Shown piece after piece: positions 53,801-64,000 of a stretch of 64,000 bases of DNA. The translations under genes and the position numbers were made by a program. The notes beneath the pieces were generated by a model. It was not told the origin of the DNA. It searched no databases and saw nothing but the letters and a program-made list of their open reading frames with translations. This DNA comes from Antedon mediterranea (lineage: Eukaryota > Animalia > Echinodermata), in NCBI RefSeq assembly GCF_964355755.1, contig NC_092672.1, positions 31,378,437 to 31,442,436 of the forward strand, read 5' to 3'. Every line of letters begins with the position of its first letter. Position 1 is the first letter of the stretch.

Positions 53801-54770
53801 AGACCTATATTAAAACTTTCCAGTAACTGGCCCATTCACATGTTCAAACTACTGTATTGATGGCCAATTTGGGCAAGTAAGAAAACTAGTTTACTGGCCC
53901 ATATGCGTAAGTTAAAAATAACCTAAATGATGATGATGAGTAATGAATAAATTACAGAAATTTACATTCTCTGTAGACAACAAAATGAAAAAAACACTAA
54001 TGATTTTAGCAATAGAAGATACAGGCCTCATTATTTTTCTAATTTCTTAACTGCATGCTTGAATGATTTTCATTCCAAACGGCAGCAGAAATGGAAAAAC
54101 AATATCTTAAAACAACTGATCAAAATAGTATTTTTTTTCATTCACATTTTTATTGAAAACTGGAAAATAGGAGAAATTCAAATTATTTTGTTTAAGTTTG
54201 CGTATTTCTGACATGGCGTGCATCAGACGCCCGATCAGACGATGGTAATAATAATCTTGAATAATTATAGTACAGTACACAATGCCTTTAGGAATATTTA
54301 CGCATATCTAATGTTCGCATATTTAATAAATAGAAGATAATCGCAGTATAAATTCATATAGATATATTACTTTTTTGTTAGAGTCTTCAAATCGTTAAGG
54401 CAATAAAAATTCTCTAGCTCTGACATATTGCCGTACTAAAATTTATTCTCATTGACTTCTTCTGTCTTGTTAAGACAATGGATTAACTTCAGAAAGGTTA
54501 AATTATTAAATCTTAGTTTATAGAGAGAGCATCAGCCATTGTTTTAAAGTAGATTTGGGTATGTTTTAGCCAAAGAGTTTTATATACATTGGCTAGAGTA
54601 GATTATAACAGTTCAGTTTTCAACTAATTTCTTACAGCCCTATCATCATTCATCCAGGATCTAGAATAAATAGGTGCTCGTGGTTCAGGTTCTGATATAC
54701 TAAAAAAAGTATTCCTTAATATGAGTCTTGTATTGACTGAAGACAGATTTGCCATAGTGTTAAAATACAC

Positions 54771-54929
54771 AAACCAGAAATGCCATATTCTCTCCGAAGA
54801 GCGATATATACTCACCCCTTCTCCATAAATGGTATAGTCCACAAACCAAGTGGGAGCATCCCCACAAACCACTATTCTACTCTTCGAGTATATCTCGCTC
54901 TTCGAGGAGAATATGGTATTTGTTGGTTT
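54771..54929. repeat. Imperfect ~43-bp inverted repeat (hairpin / MITE remnant)
   Basis: AAACCAGAAATGCCATATTCTCTCCGAAGAGCGATATATACTC ... GAGTATATCTCGCTCTTCGAGGAGAATATGGTATTTGTTGGTTT. Confidence 0.8.
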
Positions 54930-57900
54930 ATCCAGGTAAGCTATAGGCATGAAATAGACCATACCTTGTTTCACAGGAAAGTATCCCCCTAATGGGGATG
55001 TCCGAAAGGGGTTCTAGTGTAGTACATAATGACAGATACATTTTGTGTTATAAAACCATGTTGGAACCATTCCAATTGTTTTCTTAATAAAATAGTATTT
55101 AAACATTTTAAATTTGTTCATTTTCGAAGCTGGCCGTACATATTAAATGACGTACAGTACATGGAACATGATATCTCATTAGAGTTTAATATGAAATGTT
55201 TTATTTAAATATGATTTATTATCTTTCTTTTATAAATACTTTACGAGGATGGTCTATCCAGCTCAAACCATTCATTACGAGGAGTTTTCATTCTTCCCTG
55301 GGAAGACATTTAAAGTTTTAAAACTTTATGCACTCGGTCATACAAAGCATCTTGGCAGAAAAATATTCTTTATAGTACACATTTGAATAAAAACAAAAAC
55401 AAGTTCTATTTTTGTATGTTTTACCTGTAATATCTACCAGTAATATTTCAATGTCATTTTATGTAGGTCACAGAGTGGCAAAACTTACCAACATTATACA
55501 AATAATGTATTTTATTTGACAATTTATTGATTTTATTATTAGGAACGAGGAATTAAATCTAACAATAATTGTTTATGATGACAGAAAAAAACTAAATATA
55601 TTTTAGTATAAATTCTTAAAGTGGATTTTCAATAGAAGAAATTGTTATTATAACAAATTCTTTGACAGATATTACAAGAATATTAAATATTTTACGATTT
55701 TATTTTTTAAAGTTTCTATTTCACATGTCTATTTTGCAATATTTATTCGTTTATTTAATATATCCACACAGCTGTACAAGAATATCAAAATAGTATTATG
55801 CATTAGGACTATATTCCTGTTAAAACAGAGGTTTCAAGTTTGGTTTTAAAATGTGGAAACAACCAGAAAAAATAAATATTTAGTATAACATTTTATTTAT
55901 ATTAAATACTTGTGTTGGTATTTTTTCTTTCGATAAACCATGAAAAGGTAGACTTACTACTATTGGAACCTTGTCCACATATCACAAAAAAATCTACTTT
56001 TTAACGATTTATCAAAATACAATTTATCAAAAGAAAGAGAAATTTGATGTAAGTGAATACTACTTGATTACTTCATTTTTCATCTTTAAATATTTGTTTA
56101 GTTAAAAATATAAAATCACACATCACCCCATTAACATGCTCCATTTCAACAGAATAGTATCAATCATGTATTTAACGAAGCGTAAAATATGGGCTATCAT
56201 AATCAATATTATTGATTTAGATCATGAGATAATTTCAGATAACAATGATATTCTCCAACTATGGTGTTAATATTCTGCAACCTTACACAATTCACAGCGT
56301 GATGAATATTTGGGAAATTGATTGCGGACGACGCATGCATAGTTAGCAGATGACATAACACCTGTTACTTGGCAACAGGTCTCTTTTAGGTTTTCAACAG
56401 ATGGTAGTAATGTGTTTGCACTGATAATTTTGTATTATTTCTTTCTTTAGATAATGTTTTAATTGGATTTGATAATTTGTCTAATTTCATAATTTACAAT
56501 ATTATAATTGTTGTGTTCTATTTCACGTCTACATAATAACAGGAAGTAAAGGGTCAGGGAGATCAATTGACCCCTCAAAATAAATTATGGAAGTTCAACA
56601 TTAGCCTGTAACCCCTAACAAATTCATAAAACAGTAGACCCATTAATTAAGAAGACACCTTCTGGACCCAACAAATTGTCCTTTTAATAGTGGTGTCCTG
56701 GGAATAGGATAGTGAAACATATATTTCTCCTAGTTTGTTTAAGGAGAAAGTGACCTCTCAATAAGGTTGTCTCAAAGGACGGTTTCTACTGACTTATTAC
56801 TTTGATCTCCCAATTAAAAAATCATTCCCACACTACTACATGATTAATTGTTGGGAAATATTATTGTAAGGGAAAGCAGCCAACATCTTCCCTGTACTGT
56901 AATAAGCGACTTTGATAACTCCAGAGGGCGCCATATTTAAAAGGTAAATCGGGACAAAAAAGTTCCATAGGCTAACACGATGAATAAATATTAATGTTTG
57001 TCCCAATTGACCCTGTATATAGGGTGCCTCTGAAGTTATCAAAGGCACTTATAAGAAACAACAACTGCCAACATTGGTTTGATAAAAAGAATTTTTTACA
57101 CAAAAACTGCTAAACATTAAGTTCTGTATACACTATCAAACTAGTTTTACACAAAAATAATTTCCCCAAATAAGGTAGTGATATGCTTAAATATGGTAGT
57201 GATATGACATCATCATGTTTATGGGTACATCTAATTTTTTTTCCACATAGTTTGCTTCACTAAAACATGTGTTTCCAAAAAAAATTACAAATTCCTAACT
57301 CATTTTCCTAATTTGTTTCATTCATGATTTAAGCATAGTTTCCTTATGCTGTTTATAATTAATTCATTTCGTGATGTGGTTTCCCGATTAATCGTACGAT
57401 CAAAACGGTACTGGGTATGATCAACTAGCGTTCGTGTTCCCACCGAATCATCCATTCATAGAAGTACTGATGAAGATATCAATCTGTGGCGACAATAGAA
57501 TGGACCCGAGACCTGGCTATCTTCGACTTTTAAATAATAGAAAGTTTAGAAAAATGTTTTTGTTAAACTAGAAATGTACGTTGTATGTGTTTCTTGTGAA
57601 CATTATTCAATCAATTTTATCGTGAATTCATAATAATAACCATAATAACATGCAAAGATCTTTACAAAAAAATATTAATTATAAAATATTACATGATTAT
57701 TTACAGTAATGATATAAGATTCTATATGCCTATATACATTTATATATTGTAACACTTTTTGATACTATATACATTTACTTACATATCTGCTGACAGTCTA
57801 AATAGTTCTCTCTTTTCTTTTACACTAATTAGTGCCATTTTGACTAATAACTAAAAAGCTGTGTTACAGCACAATATTATCCGATGTAGTAAATATACTA

Positions 57901-58656
57901 TATAACTAATACAAATTTGGCCCACTCATGCTGTATATATGAGTTTTAAGTTCCTCATAAAACTATTCCCGGAATATTAAGATACCAGTACTGGATTGGT
58001 GATTCCTATTGGTTAATATTATTACAGGAAATTATTGTATGAGGTGGTTTTTTTTTTACTATAAAGAAGTATAACTTAAGTAGGATTTAGAAGCTTAAGT
58101 ATTATAGAGTGACACTTCTTCTATTTTGATATCCATTTTTGACAGTATTATAATATTATATTATATGTTAGCGTTACCCCGTTGAAAAATGCTAGATCCC
58201 CTCCTACTTTGGATCCATCATGCCTTTAGAGCACAGTTTTCTTGGAAACAGTGCAATATAGTATAATGTCACTGTGGGTTGTGGTTGATCTTCATAGAAA
58301 TACAAAAATAAGGAATAATTATAAATAAAAAAAACATTCCTATGTCAGAAAAAAAGTGATTACTTAAAAATTGACTTCTTGCCAAATGCTTTATCACAAT
58401 ATATCCCATATATATTGACACTTAGTATGGGCGTTAATGCTGTTGGAGAGTGACCTTGTTCTTGGACACAAATAAAAAAATTAATATCCTTATCGACAGT
58501 AATATTAATATTATAAGGACAAATTTGTGTTAATAACTTTTAATTATTCTGTGACAAGGACAACATACAAGGATATATTAAATATTTTCTTTGAAATATT
58601 AGTATTAAATATTATTGATTTAATAATCATTTGATCTTATATATATATATATATAT

Positions 58657-58832
58657 ATATAAATCCAAAGGCAAATTACTGAAAAAAATGACAATGTTGT
58701 GGGTATCAGTGGCTGGATCTCAATGGAGATACAAAAATAAAAAGCGAAAAGCTAAATCAAAACGATAAAGTAAACAGCCAGAAAAGTTAGCAGAGCTTTC
58801 GGGCAACACTAACCCTTCATCAGTGCAAGTGA
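58657..58832 (-). mobile_element. Penelope-like retroelement terminal fragment
   Basis: Abuts (TA)n at 58638-58660; same family. A decayed copy lies at about 60260-60450. Confidence 0.7.
58790..58826 (-). ncRNA. Minimal type I hammerhead ribozyme motif (stem II U-G wobble variant)
   Basis: As at 35240, but stem II is GGGU/GCCC. Confidence 0.6.
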
Positions 58833-59849
58833 AGGAATTTTACCCAATGCAGATAAGGACAACATAGATACAAGGATATATGAAATCTTTTCTTTAAAAT
58901 AATTGTTATAAATATTAAATATTATTATGTAATAACCATTTGCTCTTATTATAGTTATTCTTAAAATTTCATTTTTAAATTACCCAATAAGGACAACATA
59001 GATACAAGGATATATTAAACCTTTTCTTTGAAATAATTATTATTAAATAATATTTATTTCACTTTAACTGTATTTTGTGTCTTTTATGTGTAAACATAAA
59101 ATATGATAAATAAATAATAAAATGAATATTTATATAATAATCATTTGTTATATAATTTTTCTTAAAATTCTATTTTTAAAACTATCCAATACAGATAAAC
59201 ATTTTTAGTTTTTTTAAGAAACAAGTTATGTAAGTATGCAACTTTTTTGGGTTATCATATAATTTTGTAGACTGACTCAAAAACTTGTACATTCAAACAG
59301 ATTAAAGTCATACATTACTGCAATAAAAATGTCGTTACTGCAGTAAAAATAGTTCCCTAAATTCTAAAAGTACTCCAAGAAAGAAAGGAACCGCAATTTT
59401 TAACAAATATGCATTACGCTTGAAACAATTCAACAAAGACTACGGCACTACAAACTAACTCAACAGGCCACACCTCTCAAATTTATACAAAACATTTCTA
59501 CTTGTTAAATAAGGAACGGCGCGGTATTTACTTCACAAGATTTTCGCTAAATGACATGAAGTATTTGAAATAATTAAACTCGGATTACTGGATTATTTAA
59601 CGTTAAAAGGGATTTATTTGAAGCCGTTTTGTAATTATGTATACAATATATCCAATATGTTTAATTATAGATATATGACTTGAAAATACCACAAAATGTC
59701 AAGCGGCTTTACTATTGAAAGTTTAAATCTAGGACAACGTTGGTTTGTTATAATATATACAAAAAACTAAGAGTTGAGCTTGAATTACTCCAGTAAACAG
59801 CTTTGTTTTGACATAGTTGCACAAAAGCGTTCATTAATTGTGTCTGTAA

Positions 59850-60028
59850 AGCTTGGTTCCCACTAGAACGTAACGCAAGGACGTAAATGCAACGCAAGCG
59901 TTTTAACCAATGACAAGTGAAGTTATAGACAGTTAGCAATCACAAGCGAATAAGCCATCGCTTGTGATTGGTCAATTCACTTGCGTTGCGTTACGTCCTT
60001 GTGTTGCGTCGCTAGTGGGAACCACGCT
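59850..60028. mobile_element. MITE family B (palindromic, TAA TSD)
   Basis: TAA|AGCTTGGTTCCCACTAG...CTAGTGGGAACCACGCT|TAA; interior largely self-complementary (ACGCAAG/CTTGCGT, CAATCACAAGCG/CGCTTGTGATTG). Confidence 0.85.
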
Positions 60029-63000
60029 TAAACAAATATTCTAAACTCTAAACTGTACACTAAATGGACAAGTTTTTGGTGTGTAAACTCAACAAGAATA
60101 ATGCACTGTAATTATATATACACTGAAAATAATGTATAAATAAACTAGCATAAAGTTTAGTATGATTATTCAAGAAATGTTTATTTTTAATGGGTTTTAA
60201 AGATTCTAAATAGTGACAAAATCTAAATTTGAATTTGATATTAATGAATTATATAATATTAATCCAAAGGCAAATTTCTGAAAAATGAAAATGCTGTTAG
60301 TTATATAATTGTATATGTTAATCCAAAAAAAAATTGAAAAAAAAAAAAAGACAATTCTGTGGGTCTCAGTAGCTGGATCTTAATTAATTTACAAATAAAA
60401 TAAGCAAAATACGAAAAGGTAAAACAACCAAAAAGAATTTAATTGCTTTCGTTAGTAATCGAAAAAATTTTAGAAATATCATTAAAAACGCTGCATTGCT
60501 CAATGCATCCCTTTAATGATAAGCAAAAGTTGAGGGCGGTATACACAAAACCACAATGACTTCTACTAAAATTTAAAAATCTTACCCTGGATTGATATAA
60601 TGTTTTCACATAGCTTAGAATAGCCTACCCTAGATACCAGCAACTCGCTGTTGAAGCCTCTGGTTTAGCATATGCCTGCAGATCAACACGTCTCCATTAA
60701 CGCATAAACATGGATAACAAAAAACATGGTTTATAGTCTTAAGCAAGTACTTACTTATCACCATCTATAATTAGTGACTTTATCAACACTTTAAGTGCGA
60801 AGGCTGTTATTAGACATTATATAACAAATATCTCATAATATTTTTCTACACTACATAAATAGTTACAATCGCTGGCACCCACTAACTGAACGAAAACAAT
60901 CTTATCCCTATTGAAGTTTATTTATGGTTTGTGTAATGGAGCAGTTGTTTTTGTTTGTATCTTAACACGGGTTGATCTTACAGTCCAGTTTGAGTATTAC
61001 GACGCCAAGTTTATGTACGGACATGCGACAAGGCAAAACAGTAAATGTATTATTCGAGAATTAATAGGATTGGCACATTAATAATTTGTAGACTTGCAAT
61101 AAGGAGGTCCATTAAAGACAGTTAGCAAATGTCAAACGGAAATAGATCTTAAAAAATTAGGACGATAATGGCTAATCACTAGATTTGTACATTATATGAT
61201 ACAGACATGTGTGTGGTATGTTGCAGTGTGAACCCACGCTTAAAGTCTGAGAGACTTAATTAATGCTTTGTTCACATTAAACCTCCATTTTGATGAGGTA
61301 TCTGGAAAAACATTATCAACATGACCATCTGGAAAAGTCCTTTATGATTGACCATTGACTACACAGAACATTCTGTAATGGTCAAACATCAGCTTTCTTG
61401 GCTATAAATCCCATCTGTTTAGAAATCTTTCACAGAGAAATTTTTAAATAAAATAATATATTGCGTATGACAAACAATTTGATGTTATTGAAATTTCTTG
61501 CCTGTATGCTTTTTGTATCTTTTGATGTGTTTTTTCATTATCATGTTTTTTATTGGTTTTTTTAAAATAATTTTAAGAGCTTTGTCTGTGTACAGACAAC
61601 AAATTTTAAATATTTGTATAATATTTGATAATAAATGCTGTGCATTAATTCGTATTGAAGTCATCTAATTTAACAATTTAGTGTCAATACCAAAGTTATC
61701 ACATCTCGATATTCATCATTTAGTACTGTATCATTCACATATAATGGTTGTTGATGATAGAATATTTATTGCAATTTCTGTACTTCGAACGAAGTCTGTA
61801 AAATCTTCTTTACACTATTAAACTAGTTTGACAAAAAAGGGTAAGATGTGCCCAAATATGGCATTATCACAGTGGTTATCACAACTTGATTTGTTAATGT
61901 TGGGATTGATCCATATTCCTCAGTGCTCATTAAAGCAACCTCACAATTTTCTATCAAATATTTGATATATATAATATATTTTGATTAATATACTATATAA
62001 TGCTGTATCATGCGAACTCTCATGTTTTCTATAGACATAGTGTATTGCATTCTGTACAATGAAAGGAGTTCTAATTAATATCACCTGATTTAACCATTTG
62101 GCTTTAATACCGAATCAATCACAACATAATTTCTTTAATACTTTTGATTCATATACATACTATATAGTGCTGTATCATACAAACTCAGACTATTACTATA
62201 GATTATTGTGTTCTGTACAATGTAGGAAGTACCACTTCACCTCATCTAATCATTTGGATTCAACTCTGAAGCTATCACAACTTGATTTCTTACTGTACAT
62301 ATTCTTTGGTGCTGTATCATGAAAACTTACAGTTTTTTTTTTTATTTCATTTCAAGAAGTTAGTAAAATCTACCAATTTATTTTATTTCATTGAAATAAG
62401 TTAGTAAGATTTTCCAATTCATTACCATACATTGACCAAAACATGTTAAAAAAAACAAACATTTTCAAATGTCAATCCGCTAAACTTACATTTGGATTGA
62501 AGAACATATATGTATTGAATAATTTATCATTATTTAGTCTGCTGGACAGAATAGATTGAAAGCTAAATGACAGAAGTAAAAACACTGCCCATAATGCATT
62601 AGTCCATTAAGTATTTGCGTTTGGTATTGTTTAACATCATTATCCACGAGAAAACGACATGGGTTACGGCCTCAACTTGCGGCCTTAAGAGAATGACGCA
62701 AATTGCGGATTAAAAATCACAATAAAAAAATATCTTTAAAGATTTCCGCATAGTGTATGTTATCAAAACGGAATAAAAATAATATTTCTTAATAATATGT
62801 CTAAATATAAATTTTTGTACTGGAACATTTCCTTGTAAATAAAATAATTAAGTGCTTATCTTCTCGATAAAATATTTATTATACTAGTGGAGGATGTAAA
62901 CAATAAACTAAAACATTCATTAGTTAACTTCAATTATGAAACATACTCCACTCGAAATGGTACATAATGTAGCTTAATAACAACACTATTTAGGCTTTTT

Positions 63001-63832
63001 ACTTTTCATTTATCAATTTAATTAATACAGTACTTCTTTTGATATAAATACTAATTAGTTTATAAGATTTTAGTTAATTAATGATCTTAATTTGTTAAAT
63101 TTTGATTTTATTTCTGTTTTACTTAGCTGTATTGTGGGAGTGTGTTTCCATACATGTTTGATCCAAAACATGACTCGAGTAATAATGTGAAGCACTTAGA
63201 AGCATTTTGCAATAAGCGCTATAAAGAACATTATTATTGAATAAAAGTAAAACATAGGTAAAATATGAATTATAATCCATATTTTATGATTTATCATTTT
63301 ATTTAAATGTATTTATTTAATCTGTGAGCAACATTGGTAAAGTAAATTGTCAAAAAACAAGAATACTATGCCACAATGTAGAAAATTTAATTTTGCAATA
63401 AATTTGACAAAATAAAATGGTAGGAAACCTAAATAATTTATAACAGGTTTTTTTAATAAAGTCTAGTAAAACTAAATACTTTAGTTGTTGTTATATATTG
63501 TTCTAAACATCTATATGGGAATAATATTTTACACTTTTTATTTTTGAACGAATATTGCAATAATATTATCATATTACTATACAGTAATGGGGTATTAAAT
63601 TTTCACAAGCAAATCTTCTAGAATGTATTAATTTTTTCTCTGGTTACCAGTAAAGCAAAATCTTGCAATTTCACTAAGTTTATTTTTAAAGTTTTTTTCC
63701 TATGATTACATTATTTATGAAATCAACAAATATACTAGCATGGCAGCATGGATGAGAATGGCAGAGGAGAAGCAGAAGAAAATGGAAATTGTTGAAGGAG
63801 GGCTTCACCAAACAATGGATGAACACAAAATC

Positions 63833-64000
63833 AATGATGATGATGATGATGATAGTGATAATGATGATGATAGTAATGATAACAGATGATGATAGTGATG
63901 AAACAGATGATGATGATGATGATGATGATGATAGTGATGATGATGATGATGATAGTGATGATGATGATAGTGATGATGATGATGATATTGATGATGATGA
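63833..64000. repeat. (GAT)n microsatellite running off the window
   Basis: Direct reading. Confidence 0.95.

Noticed and set aside
54624-54992. Overlapping ORFs with a CAG|GTAAG donor
   Set aside because: Explained by the inverted repeat; no recognisable protein.

Overview
AT-rich, repeat-dense animal (probably marine invertebrate) genomic DNA with no confidently identifiable host gene. The centrepiece is an apparently intact, autonomous Kolobok-type DNA transposon at 20052-26236, with perfect 23-bp TIRs and TTAA target-site duplications. It carries two convergent intron-containing genes: a 10-exon THAP + DDE transposase (about 742-744 aa, + strand, all splice phases consistent) and a 2-exon KolX gene (236 aa, - strand, Cys-rich P2X7-ballast-like domain). 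The most unusual feature lies between the two genes: an inverted, partly deleted copy of the transposase's own catalytic exons (24006-24440). It supplies the transposase stop codon, sits upstream of the first AATAAA and is bracketed by a 75-bp direct repeat, so the mRNA should fold back into long dsRNA (a candidate built-in self-silencing cassette). The element also has an 18-bp CRE-containing inverted motif exactly 191 bp from each end. Elsewhere: non-autonomous Kolobok-, piggyBac-, Harbinger- and Tc1/pogo-like elements (one nested), Penelope-type fragments with minimal hammerhead ribozymes, tRNA-derived SINEs, several minisatellites, and weak candidates for alternative first exons of a minus-strand host gene. 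Everything was read by eye; no searches were run.
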